Counted from the stretch's first letter, positions 30,022 through 40,419 are shown. The stretch: DNA of 64,000 bases from an uncultured Desulfobacterales bacterium (GCA_964578585.1 CAZODM010000001.1:13683-77682); one strand, 5' to 3'. Numbers and translations: made by a program. Notes: generated by a model from the sequence alone, not told the origin.

Positions 30022-30768
30022 ATGCCACAATATAAAATCCATCCCATTGTTGTTGGAACCAAACTCTTTGATAAGGGTATGATGACTTATCAATTCGATT
30101 ATGGTAAGCCCTATGCTATTCCAATCTATGCATGGTACATTGAGGGTGGAGATAAAACAATATTAGTAGATACTGGAGAGATACATCCAATTCAATCAGA
30201 AGATAGAGAAAAAAGAATCGGAGGTAAAATATACACATTTGAAGATGGACTTGCTAAGTGGGGATTAAAACCAGAAGATATAGACATAGTCTTACATACT
30301 CATCTTCATAGAGACCACTGTGAAAACGACTATAAATGTGTAAATGCTAAGTTCTATGTACATGAAAAAGAGATTAAACGCATACATAATCCTCATCCGT
30401 TAGACTATAGATATGTTGAAGACTTTATACTAGAAGTGGAAGAAGCTGGACAGATTATAACATTAAATGAAGATACAGAGATTGTACCCGGGATAAAAAT
30501 GATCCATACCCCAGCTCATACAGATGGTGGAATGAGTATCTTCATTGAAACAGAAAAAGGCACTGCAGTTATAACAGCATTCTGTGTAATTATGGAAAAT
30601 ATATTCCCGCCCAAAGAGATATTAGCTATGGATATGGAAGTAATACCACCAGGAACCCACGTTGATACTTATGAGGCATATGATACAATAAAAAGAGTAA
30701 AAGAAATGGCAGATATCATAATACCTGTACATGAACCACAATTTGCTTCTGTAGATACGATTCCTTAA
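30022..30768 (+). CDS. MBL-fold metallo-hydrolase (lactonase-like)
   Basis: HTHLHRDH (HxHxDH) motif. AAAGGAGG sits before the ATG at 30022; the ORF track starts at TTG 29986. Confidence 0.7.
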   Translation: MPQYKIHPIVVGTKLFDKGMMTYQFDYGKPYAIPIYAWYIEGGDKTILVDTGEIHPIQSEDREKRIGGKIYTFEDGLAKWGLKPEDIDIVLHTHLHRDHCENDYKCVNAKFYVHEKEIKRIHNPHPLDYRYVEDFILEVEEAGQIITLNEDTEIVPGIKMIHTPAHTDGGMSIFIETEKGTAVITAFCVIMENIFPPKEILAMDMEVIPPGTHVDTYEAYDTIKRVKEMADIIIPVHEPQFASVDTIP

Positions 30769-31005
30769 TAAAAAAATAAAAAGGTGGAAGGCTTATTGCT
30801 TTCTGCCTTTTTCTATTTAATAGAGACTTTTTTGTCTCAGTAATTATGGGATTTTTTTGTCCCAGTATATTTAGTCATATATTACTTTTTTAAAAAAAGA
30901 TAAATTTATCGCATGTTATAAAATAAAAAAGATGGTATTCTTTTTGCTTAAGATAGGCTCTACTGAATACTAGTGTAAAAATGAGGTAGAAGGGAGACAT
31001 TACAG

Positions 31006-31929
31006 GTGAATATCCTGCAACATACAGTTTCTGATAAAATCACCTTTAAAGGAATTGGACTACATACTGGAGCAGAAGTTCGAGTAGATATACTGCCAGC
31101 TCCAGAGGATACTGGGATCGTTTTTGTTAGAAAAGATAAAGACCCTAATTATTTTATAGAAGCAAATGCTCAAAACATAGTAAATACATTGGCTGCTACT
31201 ACTATTGGTAAAAGTGGTATTACAATAAGTACTATAGAACATTTAATGGCAGCCATATATGGAATTGAAATAGACAATGCCATTATACAAGTAGAGGGTC
31301 CAGAGATTCCTGCCTTAGATGGCAGTGCTGGTATCTTTGTTAAAAAGATAAAAGAAGTAGGGCTAAAAGAACAAAAAAAACCTAGGCGTTTTCTTAAAAT
31401 ACTACAAACAATCTCTATAGAAGATGATGATAAATTTATTATGGTTGAGCCCTACGATAGCTTTGGTGTTGATGTAGAGATACAATTTACTCACAGTGTA
31501 ATTGGTAGACAAAGATACACCTGTAAACATATAACTTCAGAGGAATTTGAGAGAAACATAAGCAAAGCAAGAACCTTTGGCTTTTTAAGCCAAGTAGCAG
31601 AAATGAGAAAAAATGGGCTTGCAAGAGGTGGAAGCGAGAAAAATGCTATAGTTATAGGTGATACAGGAGTCTTAAACAGTGAAGGATTAAGATTTAAAAA
31701 TGAAATGGCAAGGCATAAGGCATTAGATCTTATTGGAGACCTTGCACTATTAGGAGGTCCTCTTTTAGCTAAAATAACAGCTAAAAAGAATGGACACGAA
31801 CTTCATAGAAGACTTATGTTGGAATTGATCACTAAGAAAGATGCAATGAAATATGTCTCTTTTGAAGCTCTTCCTCAGATAGATAACGACTGGATTTGGG
31901 AATCTCAAGCAGTAGCTGCTGCTTTTTAA
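31006..31929 (+). CDS. lpxC: UDP-3-O-acyl-N-acetylglucosamine deacetylase
   Basis: GIGLHTGAEVRVDILPAPEDTGIVF, TIEHLMAA and GHELH motifs. Confidence 0.95.
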   Translation: MNILQHTVSDKITFKGIGLHTGAEVRVDILPAPEDTGIVFVRKDKDPNYFIEANAQNIVNTLAATTIGKSGITISTIEHLMAAIYGIEIDNAIIQVEGPEIPALDGSAGIFVKKIKEVGLKEQKKPRRFLKILQTISIEDDDKFIMVEPYDSFGVDVEIQFTHSVIGRQRYTCKHITSEEFERNISKARTFGFLSQVAEMRKNGLARGGSEKNAIVIGDTGVLNSEGLRFKNEMARHKALDLIGDLALLGGPLLAKITAKKNGHELHRRLMLELITKKDAMKYVSFEALPQIDNDWIWESQAVAAAF

Positions 31930-31939
31930 AAGTTTAAAC

Positions 31940-33271
31940 CTAAAAAAGGCTTAACTGTTTAGGAGAAGATCCTCTCTTTTTAGGAGTTTGGTCTTCTCCT
32001 TTTTTTATATTGTTATCATCAAAGAGGCTTATCTTCCCATATACACCATCATGTCCTGGAATGATTGTTATCATACCTTCCCTCATCCTCTTTATACCTT
32101 CATATATCTTACCGGGGAGTAAAAGCCTTAATTCATCAAGCTCCTTCCACAAAAGGGCATCCATCTCTGTTCCTACAAGGCTTATAATCCTAGAATATTC
32201 CTTTAACACTGTCTTTGTAATAGATTTTAAACCAAAAGCCTCAGCAATAATCTCTGTTAATGGGATTAAATGACAATTAGGAAGGGCATTTTCTGGTACA
32301 AATCCCTCTTCTCTATCCGCAAGCTCCTCTACCCTATGTAAAACTCCAATGGTAACAGGATTTCCACACACTGGACAAAGACCATTGTGTCTTTTAGTTT
32401 CAGATGGATGCCAGCAGATACCACAATTTCTATGACCATCATAGTGATATTTACCTTCTTCAGGGAAAAATTCTATTGTTCCCAAGAAGCCATGAGAAGG
32501 ATCTTTCATAGCTTCAATAATATCCTTGTAAGTTAATGGACACGATAGTATATTCGCCTCCCTTGCAAGTTTTGTTGGGGAATGGGCATCTGAATTAGAT
32601 ATAAGAGTATATTTATCTAACTTTGAAAGCCTCCAGTTCATCTGAGGATCTGAAGAAAGCCCTGTTTCAAGTGCAAATATATGATGACTTTCCTCCTCAA
32701 AACACTCCTCTAAATCATCAAACCCAGACTTTGCCCCAAATAATGAAAACCATGGAGTCCATACATGGGCAGGTACAGCTTCACACTCAGCAGATGCCTT
32801 TTTAATAAGTTTAACAAGATCCTTTACAGGAAATCCAAAGATAGGTCGTCCATCTGAAGTAATATTGCCAATAGCAGCAAGTCTTGCCTGAATATCTTCC
32901 ACCACCTCTAAGCTAGGAGCAAAAAGTACAGTATGTATCCTTCTATTTTTACCATGTTGAGTAAAGATATTTGACACCTCTGCAGTTAGAATAAATCTAG
33001 TACCATCTGGATCATCCCTTAACCTATAGAGTCCTGTGCCATCTGGTATAAGATCTCGCTTTAATTCCCTTAAATATCCAGGATGTGTAAAGTCTCCTGT
33101 ACCAAGAACTTTGATCCCCTTTTCTTTAGCAACATCATTAAGGACTTTAACATTCATCTTGGTACTGGTTGCTCGTGAATATTTAGAATGTATATGAAAA
33201 TCAGCTAAATATGCATCCTTGGGCCATTTATGGAATACTTGTTTGGCAGTAAAAACCTCTTTCTTTTTCAT
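31940..33271 (-). CDS. PHP-domain protein of the TIGR00375/endonuclease Q type
   Basis: ADFHIHSKYSRATS N-terminal PHP motif, SNSDAHSP, and a C-terminal zinc finger (CWHP...CPVCGNP). 443 aa. Confidence 0.6.
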   Translation of the reverse strand: MKKKEVFTAKQVFHKWPKDAYLADFHIHSKYSRATSTKMNVKVLNDVAKEKGIKVLGTGDFTHPGYLRELKRDLIPDGTGLYRLRDDPDGTRFILTAEVSNIFTQHGKNRRIHTVLFAPSLEVVEDIQARLAAIGNITSDGRPIFGFPVKDLVKLIKKASAECEAVPAHVWTPWFSLFGAKSGFDDLEECFEEESHHIFALETGLSSDPQMNWRLSKLDKYTLISNSDAHSPTKLAREANILSCPLTYKDIIEAMKDPSHGFLGTIEFFPEEGKYHYDGHRNCGICWHPSETKRHNGLCPVCGNPVTIGVLHRVEELADREEGFVPENALPNCHLIPLTEIIAEAFGLKSITKTVLKEYSRIISLVGTEMDALLWKELDELRLLLPGKIYEGIKRMREGMITIIPGHDGVYGKISLFDDNNIKKGEDQTPKKRGSSPKQLSLF

Positions 33272-33339
33272 AAAAAAGACTGTAGCACTAAATGTTTTTT
33301 AAGGAAAGGAGAAAAATGCTCTCCCCTTTCCTTATCAGC

Positions 33340-34278
33340 CTATAATCCTGTCTTTTCTACCTGTTTCTTTACAGCTTCAACAGATTTAGATAAAAGGGCT
33401 TTTTCTTCAGAAGTCAACTCAAACTCTACTATTTTTTCTACACCATTTTTACCAAGTATAACAGGTACCCCCAAAAATACTCCAGATATTCCAAATTCCC
33501 CCTCTAAGTAAGCAGCGCATGGTAGTATTCTTTTTTCATCATTTAAGATAGATTGTGCCATTTCTATTGCAGAAAGTCCGGGAGTAACAAAAGCACTTCC
33601 TGTCTTTAAGTGTCCAACAATCTCTGCACCTGCTTGTTGAGTACGTTTTACAATAGCATCTATCTTATCTTGTGTTAAAAGTTCACTAACAGGGATCCCT
33701 CCTACAGTAGCAAGACGAACAAGAGGTAACATAAAATCTCCATGTATTCCCATCACCAAAGCAGAAACATCTTTAGGAGCAACCCCAATCTCTTTAGCAA
33801 TAAAGGTACGATACCTTGCAGAATCCAACACCCCTGCCATACCTACTACTTTGTTTTTAGGAAAACCAGAAACCTTAAATACAGTATAGACCATAGCATC
33901 TATAGGATTGGTTATAACAATAAAACAAGCACTTGGGCTATTTTGTGCTGCCTTTTGAGTAACTTCTTTTACTATTTGAACATTCTTCTCTAAAAGATCA
34001 TCACGACTCATGCCAGGTTTTCTGGCAAGCCCTGCCGTTATGATTATTACATCAGAGTCTTTAGTAAGGGTATAGTCACTAGTACCAATTATATTCCCAG
34101 TAAAACCACAAAGTGGAGCTGCTTGGGAAAGGTCAAGAGCCTTCCCAACTGCAAGACCTTCAACAACATCAACCAATACAATCTCCTCACATATATTTCT
34201 ACTTATTGCCCATTGGGCAGCAGCACATCCTACTGCACCTGCTCCAATAATTGTTAATTTACGCGATTTTGTCTCCAT
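33340..34278 (-). CDS. mdh: malate dehydrogenase (LDH-like family)
   Basis: IIGAGAVG Rossmann motif, ITAGLARKPGMSRDDL and ITNPID motifs. 312 aa. Confidence 0.9.
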   Translation of the reverse strand: METKSRKLTIIGAGAVGCAAAQWAISRNICEEIVLVDVVEGLAVGKALDLSQAAPLCGFTGNIIGTSDYTLTKDSDVIIITAGLARKPGMSRDDLLEKNVQIVKEVTQKAAQNSPSACFIVITNPIDAMVYTVFKVSGFPKNKVVGMAGVLDSARYRTFIAKEIGVAPKDVSALVMGIHGDFMLPLVRLATVGGIPVSELLTQDKIDAIVKRTQQAGAEIVGHLKTGSAFVTPGLSAIEMAQSILNDEKRILPCAAYLEGEFGISGVFLGVPVILGKNGVEKIVEFELTSEEKALLSKSVEAVKKQVEKTGL

Positions 34279-34421
34279 TTTTATACCCCTGATTTGAATA
34301 TATAATTTTTTTGTGTAAACTAGTTGTCTATTTTAGTTTTAGGAGTATAAAGACACTACTCTAAGATGTTAAAAAGAGCAACAGGCAAAAATACTAAACA
34401 AACACTAATTATATTAAGACA

Positions 34422-35549
34422 ATGTCTTATAGAAAATTTAACATTATCACAATTGATATTGATGCACTAAAACATAACTTCCATGCCTTGTCTAAATTGT
34501 TAGCTCCCAAGTGTATGGGTATAATGGCTGTTGTTAAATCAGATGCCTATGGACATGGACTTATAGAAGTAAGTAAAGCATTAGTAAAAGAAGGAGCAAA
34601 ATTTTTAGGAATATCAGAGGTTGAAGAAGCTGCACAAATACGAGACGCTGGCATTACTACCCCTATCCTATTATTATCCGGGCTAGCACTTGGTGCAGAA
34701 AAAGATGCATTTTATTATGATCTCATCCCAGGAGTTGCAGATCTATCCAGTCTAAATGCATTGGAAGAAACAGCAAGACTATATGATGTAAAAAAAGATG
34801 TTCATATTAAGGTAGACACAGGGATGGGCAGACTTGGTTTTTCTATAGATGAGGCAAAGGATATCTTTTTAAAAAAGGACGAATGGCCTCATCTTAATTT
34901 TTCTGGTCTTTACTCACATCTTTCTGCTTCAGATGATCCAGAGGATCCTTTTACTTATAATCAATTAAATAAGTTCTTATCATTTATATCTTTCTTAAAA
35001 AAAAGAGGACTCCTTCCTCCAATAATACATATGGCGAACTCTGGTGGAGTAATTAATTTCCCAGAGACACATTTTGATATAGTAAGGCCAGGACTTGCGC
35101 TGTATGGAGCATATCCAGGTGAAGCATCAAAAGAAAAGATTCATCTAAGACCTGTAATGTCATTTAAAAGTAAAATAATTTCCATACATAAAAGAGCTGC
35201 AAATTCTCCTGTAAGTTATGGGCATACGTATTATACTAAAAGAGAATCTAAAATTGCCGTTGTACCTGTTGGCTATGATGATGGCTATTTAAGAGCTTTA
35301 TCTAATAAAGCCAGCGTTCTTGTAAACGGACAACTTTGTCCTGTTGTTGGTAGAATTTGCATGAAAGCCCTTATGATAGATATTACAGATATAGATGGTG
35401 TTAACATAAATGATGAGGTAGTATTATTAGGTAAACAAGGAAGTAACGAAATCACAATAGAAATGCTTGCTGAGTGGGCAAATACAATCAGTTATGAAAT
35501 AATGTGTCTTCTTGGAACTAGGAACCAAAGGATATTTAAGGGGGCATAA
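34422..35549 (+). CDS. alr: alanine racemase
   Basis: AVVKSDAYGHG PLP-lysine motif and ANSGG; SYEIMCLL near the C-terminus. Confidence 0.9.
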   Translation: MSYRKFNIITIDIDALKHNFHALSKLLAPKCMGIMAVVKSDAYGHGLIEVSKALVKEGAKFLGISEVEEAAQIRDAGITTPILLLSGLALGAEKDAFYYDLIPGVADLSSLNALEETARLYDVKKDVHIKVDTGMGRLGFSIDEAKDIFLKKDEWPHLNFSGLYSHLSASDDPEDPFTYNQLNKFLSFISFLKKRGLLPPIIHMANSGGVINFPETHFDIVRPGLALYGAYPGEASKEKIHLRPVMSFKSKIISIHKRAANSPVSYGHTYYTKRESKIAVVPVGYDDGYLRALSNKASVLVNGQLCPVVGRICMKALMIDITDIDGVNINDEVVLLGKQGSNEITIEMLAEWANTISYEIMCLLGTRNQRIFKGA

Positions 35550-35550
35550 A

Positions 35551-35988
35551 GTGTTTGGCATAGGACTTCCTGAGCTTATATTTATATTTATTTTAGCTCT
35601 TATAGTCCTTGGACCAGAAAAACTACCTGAGGTAGCAAAGCAGCTTGCTAAACTTGTAGTAGATGTCAAAAAGGCTGCCAATGAATTTCAAAAACAACTT
35701 GAACTTGAAGACGAAGAACAGGATCTTTTAAAGCTTACGGAAGTAAAACAAGAAGACTTTATAAATCCACGTGGGCTAATAAAAGAACAAAACAAGGAAA
35801 ATACAAACGTCAATACAGCTATTGATCCTTATGATTGGGAAAAAGAACTTCCTAAAAGTCCAGAAGAAGCAAGCCGTAGAGCAGGAGAAAAAATAGAAGA
35901 ATTAAATACTAACGACAAAGATCAACCCCTAACTAAATCTACTATAACAACTGATTTTTCTTCAAAAAATAAAGACCAGGAAGCATAG
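35551..35988 (+). CDS. tatB: twin-arginine translocase subunit, TatB-like
   Basis: GTG at 35551, right after the alr stop. FGIGLPELIFIFILALIVLGPEKLP, then an amphipathic helix and a long acidic tail. Confidence 0.7.
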   Translation: MFGIGLPELIFIFILALIVLGPEKLPEVAKQLAKLVVDVKKAANEFQKQLELEDEEQDLLKLTEVKQEDFINPRGLIKEQNKENTNVNTAIDPYDWEKELPKSPEEASRRAGEKIEELNTNDKDQPLTKSTITTDFSSKNKDQEA

Positions 35989-35991
35989 CTT

Positions 35992-36750
35992 GTGTCAATA
36001 GATAGACTCCCTTTTCAAGCACATCTTGAAGAGTTAAGAAAACGTTTAATTGTATGTATTGTTGTCTTTATAATAGCATTTATTATCTGTTATCTTGGAG
36101 CATCTACTATAGCAGATATTTTAGCCTTACCTATAAAAAGTGCGCTTCCTCCTAATACACCTATGGTATTTACAAGAATTACAGAGGCATTTTTTGTCTA
36201 TTTAAGAATAGCCTTTTGGGCTGCTCTTATTATTACTATGCCTGTTATACTATATGAACTATGGGCTTTTATCTCTCCTGGGCTATATGAGCATGAAAAA
36301 CGTCTTATAAAAAGATTTTTAGTAGCTGGCATAGCTCTATTTATTTTAGGGGGATGTTTTGGTTATTGGGTAATTATGCCAGTAGTATTATCCATAACAC
36401 TTGGATATATAAGCCAAGGGCTTACCGCCTATCCTAGAATCGAGAGTTATCTTCTATTTGCAATTAAGTGTATTTTTACATTTGGGATAGCATTTGAACT
36501 ACCATTTTTAATGGCTTTTGTTACTAGTACAGGCATTATTGAACCAGACTATTTTAAAAAGAATAGAAAAGGCTATTATATAGCTCTATTTTGTTTAGCC
36601 GTCTTTTTAGCTCCAACAGACATCTTTTCCCAAATTTTACTATTTGGTCCAATGGCATTACTTTACGAAATAGGAATACGTTTAGGGAAATGGATCCTTC
36701 CTAAAAAAGGAAACTCTACCCCTCCTCACAACTATAATAATAAAAAATAA
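35992..36750 (+). CDS. tatC: twin-arginine translocase subunit TatC
   Basis: HLEELRKRL start and six TM segments. 252 aa. Confidence 0.9.
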   Translation: MSIDRLPFQAHLEELRKRLIVCIVVFIIAFIICYLGASTIADILALPIKSALPPNTPMVFTRITEAFFVYLRIAFWAALIITMPVILYELWAFISPGLYEHEKRLIKRFLVAGIALFILGGCFGYWVIMPVVLSITLGYISQGLTAYPRIESYLLFAIKCIFTFGIAFELPFLMAFVTSTGIIEPDYFKKNRKGYYIALFCLAVFLAPTDIFSQILLFGPMALLYEIGIRLGKWILPKKGNSTPPHNYNNKK

Positions 36751-36845
36751 CTTAATTAATCAAAAAAAGTAAAAGATAAAGGATTGAAATGTTAACGTAT
36801 TATTAAATCTTATTAAATAGTTAATAGTAATTTATTTTATTGCTT

Positions 36846-37289
36846 TTAGTTATCGTTTGTCTTTTCTTGACTCAACTCTTCCTTTTGACACTCAGGGCAC
36901 AATCCCCAAAATACAATATTGCACCCCATCACTTTAAAACCTTTTGATTCCTCAGAGTTAAGCTCTATCTTATAGTCATGATCAACATCTACGATTCTAT
37001 GACATCTTGTACAAAAGATATGATGATGAGGTACTGGGTTAGGATCAAAGCGTTTTTTGTTTGGATCAATACATAGCTCTAATATTTGACCTTTGCGTCT
37101 AAGTGCATCAAGTGTATTATAGACAGTAGCAAACGACATACTAGGAAATTGCTGAGCTACATGCTGATAGATTTCATCTGCAGAAGGATGAGTGGTATTT
37201 CCCTCAAGAAATTCTAAAATTGCTAAACGTTGAGGAGTTAATTTAAGGCCAAGCTGACGATACCTTTGAAATTTTTCTGTTGTATTCAT
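36846..37289 (-). CDS. Fur family transcriptional regulator (Fur/PerR/Zur undetermined)
   Basis: LKLTPQRLAILEFL, SFATVYNTL, HHHIFCTRC...CPEC motifs. Confidence 0.85.
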   Translation of the reverse strand: MNTTEKFQRYRQLGLKLTPQRLAILEFLEGNTTHPSADEIYQHVAQQFPSMSFATVYNTLDALRRKGQILELCIDPNKKRFDPNPVPHHHIFCTRCHRIVDVDHDYKIELNSEESKGFKVMGCNIVFWGLCPECQKEELSQEKTNDN

Positions 37290-37298
37290 ATAATACTC

Positions 37299-37325
37299 CT
37301 TATTTTTTAATAATCAAAAAATAAG
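37299..37325 (-). promoter_or_regulatory. 10-bp perfect inverted repeat overlapping the fur-family gene SD (possible Fur box or SD-sequestering hairpin)
   Basis: cttatttttt-aataatc-aaaaaataag. On the minus strand the 3' arm runs into the AAGGAG SD. Confidence 0.45.
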
Positions 37326-37452
37326 AATGTTTTTTTGTCAAGAAATATTTAAAAAAATAAAAACTACCAAAAAAATTAATGCTAGAGGTTAATTTATATT
37401 ACAATATATTTCTCAGGTTAAGATTACTTAAACATAACGCTATTAATATATT

Positions 37453-38196
37453 TTGTCTATGGAAGATATAAATATTTTCAAAAATTATAAATATTATCCC
37501 TTGCTTTTAACGCTACACAATAAAGAAGTATTAATCATTGGTGGTGGTAAAGTTGCAGCAAGAAAGCTTAAAGGATTTATAAGAGCAGGTGCAAAAGTCA
37601 AAATAATCTCTTTAGATTTTTGTAAAGAGATTAAAGAATTATATAAGCAACACCGCAAGCATATAACATTGATTAATCGTAAATATAAGCCCGGAGACTT
37701 AAAAGGAACCTTTCTTGTTGTAGCTGCTACGTCAGATAAAAACTGCCAAAAAGAAATCTATAAAGAGGCTAAAAAAAACAATATCCTTATAAATATAGTA
37801 GATGAACCTAACTTATGTGACTTTATTGTACCTTCCACGATCTTTTTAGAAGACCTAGTTATTGCTATCTCTACCCAAGGTGCAAGCCCTGCTATTTCAA
37901 GATTAATAAGAAAGAGACTTGAGTCCCAAATTATTCCAAGTTATGTTTTGTTGGTTAAACTTGCAGGAAGCCTTAGAAATTATATAAAAGATAATATTCA
38001 AGATGAAAAAATTAGGCACAAGATATTAAAGAAAATTGCAGATCCTAGACTGATAGAGTGGATAGAAAAAGAAAAATGGGATAAAATCAGATCTTGGGTA
38101 AAGGAGTTATTTAATACAGCTTCTATAACACCTGATAAACAATACATAAAAGACTTATTAGCTCAATTACAGAAAGATTTTAAACATTACAACTAG
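37453..38196 (+). CDS. precorrin-2 dehydrogenase/sirohydrochlorin ferrochelatase (CysG N-terminal/SirC type)
   Basis: VLIIGGGKVAARKLKGFIRAGAKVKIIS Rossmann motif and VAISTQGASPAISRLIRKRLE. Confidence 0.8.
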   Translation: MSMEDINIFKNYKYYPLLLTLHNKEVLIIGGGKVAARKLKGFIRAGAKVKIISLDFCKEIKELYKQHRKHITLINRKYKPGDLKGTFLVVAATSDKNCQKEIYKEAKKNNILINIVDEPNLCDFIVPSTIFLEDLVIAISTQGASPAISRLIRKRLESQIIPSYVLLVKLAGSLRNYIKDNIQDEKIRHKILKKIADPRLIEWIEKEKWDKIRSWVKELFNTASITPDKQYIKDLLAQLQKDFKHYN

Positions 38197-38240
38197 CTTT
38201 ATAACGATTTGTTAATTGTAAATATTTTGGAGAAAATGAA

Positions 38241-39071
38241 ATGGGCATAGATAAGCTCATATTTTGGGCTAGTACTTTTTTATATTTTTTAGCAACTATT
38301 GGTTATATTATTCAGTTTATTACTCTTAGAAAAGATGCAGAAAAAGCAGCTACAATTATATTGGCAGGGGGCTTTTCTCTTCAATCTTGTTATATTATTT
38401 TAAGATGGTTAAATCTTAGGCATCCACCCTTTATAAATCTTCATGAAGCATTAAGTTTTCTTGCATGGTCTATTGTTGGAACATATCTAATTATGCAAAT
38501 CAAACATAAACCTAAAGGACTAGGTGCTTTTGTAACTCCTCTTGTTACTATCATAATGTTAATAGCAGCAACACAACCACAAGCTAGTATGTTAACTCTT
38601 CCGCCTGCTCTTAGGAGCTTTTGGCTACCTATTCATGCAACCATCTGTCTTATAGGTGATGCGGTATTTGCCTTAGCGTTTTGTATAGCTGTTATGTACA
38701 TGGTTCAAGAACATCAGATTAAGAAAAAAAAGTTTGGTGCAGTATTTAAAAGACTACCTTCTCTAACGACTCTTGATCAACTAAATTATTTATGCTTAAA
38801 GATAGGATTCCCTTTGTTAACCGTAGGAATTATTACTGGTTCTATATGGGCAGAAAAAGCTTGGGGATCATATTGGAGTTGGGATCCAAAAGAGACTTGG
38901 TCTCTTATTACTTGGTTTTTATATGCTGCTTTGTTACATCAACGTCTTACTGTAGGATGGCGAGGACGTAGAGCAGCAATCATGACAATAATAGGATTTT
39001 TAGCCTTGGGATTTACGTTCCTAGGCGTAAGTTTACTAATGCCAGGGTTACATACATACTATGTCCGATAA
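38241..39071 (+). CDS. CcsA/HemX-like cytochrome c assembly family membrane protein
   Basis: Eight TM segments with the WGSYWSWDPKETWSLITW (WWD) motif. It overlaps hemA by 11 nt. Confidence 0.75.
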   Translation: MGIDKLIFWASTFLYFLATIGYIIQFITLRKDAEKAATIILAGGFSLQSCYIILRWLNLRHPPFINLHEALSFLAWSIVGTYLIMQIKHKPKGLGAFVTPLVTIIMLIAATQPQASMLTLPPALRSFWLPIHATICLIGDAVFALAFCIAVMYMVQEHQIKKKKFGAVFKRLPSLTTLDQLNYLCLKIGFPLLTVGIITGSIWAEKAWGSYWSWDPKETWSLITWFLYAALLHQRLTVGWRGRRAAIMTIIGFLALGFTFLGVSLLMPGLHTYYVR

Positions 39072-40419
39072 CAAAAGCTGTAGTTTATTACTAATAGGAG
39101 TAAATCATAAAACAGCAGAGGTAGAAGTTCGCGAAAAACTCGCAATGGCGAACTCTAATCCATCTGCATTAGAGATGTTTTCTAATCTACCACACTGCAA
39201 GGAAGTATTATTCCTTTCTACTTGTAACCGTGTAGAGGTACTAACTGCTACAGACAACCCAGAAACAACTAAAAAGGCTATAAAAGAACTCTGGAAGAAA
39301 AAAGGGGATTTAACAGATACAATACTAGATAAATGCCTCTATGTTTATGAAGGCGAGGAAGCTATTAGACATATCTTTAGAGTAGCTTCAAGTCTTGATT
39401 CTATGGTAGTTGGTGAACCTCAGATCCTAGGCCAACTTAAAGATGCATATAGAAAGGCATCTGAAGCAAAAACCTTAGGAGTAGTATTAAATAAACTCTG
39501 TCATAAGGCCTTTTCTGTAGCAAAAAAAATACGGACAGAAACCAAAATAGCAAGCCATGCAGTATCCATAAGTTATGCTGCTGTAGAACTTGCCAAAAAG
39601 ATATTTGGAGATCTAAAAGGCAAACGTGCTATGCTTATTGGGGCTGGAGAAATGGCAGAACTTGCTGCTCAGCACCTAATGGCAAATGGTATAAAAAAAT
39701 TAGTTGTTGCAAACAGAACACTTTCTAGAGCAGTAGATTTAGCAAAATCTCTTGGTGGAACTGCGATATCATTAGAAGAAATATTTGATAGCCTTATAGA
39801 TGTAGATATTGTTATTAGCTCTACAGGTGCTCCAGGTATTATAATTGAGAAAAAAGATGTTGCTCGAATAATGCGCCCAAGAAGGCATCAGTTACTTTTC
39901 TTTATAGACATAGCAGTACCAAGAGATATTGATCCTGCAGTAAACGATATAGACAATGTTTATCTGTTTGATATTGATGATCTTAAAGGAGTTGTTGAAC
40001 TAAATAAAGCCGAACGTGAAAAAGAGGCACTTAAAGCAGAACGGATGGTTGAAGCTGAAGTGATTAAGTTTTTATCATGGCTTGAAACCTTAGACGTTAT
40101 ACCAATTATAAAGAAAATTCAGCAAAAGGCTGAAGCAGTAAGACAAAAGGAGCTTGCAAGGAGTCAAAAAGTATTAAAAGATCTCACACCTAAACAAAAA
40201 AAGGCTATAGAGATATTGACCACTTCTATAGTACAAAAAGTTCTCCATGATCCTATAGTATATTTAAGAAAAGAATCTAGTAACAGCAAAGACATTCATA
40301 CACTTTTAGATATCACTACTCGTCTATTTAACCTAAATGGTTTTGATTTTCATGAAAACACCTCCTTAAATCATCAGAAAAAAAATTCTTGTAATAAAAA
40401 TGAACTAAAAGCAAAATAA
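39061..40419 (+). CDS. hemA: glutamyl-tRNA reductase
   Basis: LSTCNRVEV, MVVGEPQILGQLK and LIGAGEMAEL motifs. Confidence 0.95.
   Translation: MSDNKSCSLLLIGVNHKTAEVEVREKLAMANSNPSALEMFSNLPHCKEVLFLSTCNRVEVLTATDNPETTKKAIKELWKKKGDLTDTILDKCLYVYEGEEAIRHIFRVASSLDSMVVGEPQILGQLKDAYRKASEAKTLGVVLNKLCHKAFSVAKKIRTETKIASHAVSISYAAVELAKKIFGDLKGKRAMLIGAGEMAELAAQHLMANGIKKLVVANRTLSRAVDLAKSLGGTAISLEEIFDSLIDVDIVISSTGAPGIIIEKKDVARIMRPRRHQLLFFIDIAVPRDIDPAVNDIDNVYLFDIDDLKGVVELNKAEREKEALKAERMVEAEVIKFLSWLETLDVIPIIKKIQQKAEAVRQKELARSQKVLKDLTPKQKKAIEILTTSIVQKVLHDPIVYLRKESSNSKDIHTLLDITTRLFNLNGFDFHENTSLNHQKKNSCNKNELKAK

Noticed and set aside
33301-33333. AAGGAAAGG...CCTTTCCTT hairpin between mdh and the EndoQ-like gene, considered as a terminator.
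   Set aside because: On the transcribed (minus) strand the hairpin is followed by AAAAAA, not a U-tract. It may still fold, but a terminator call is not supported.
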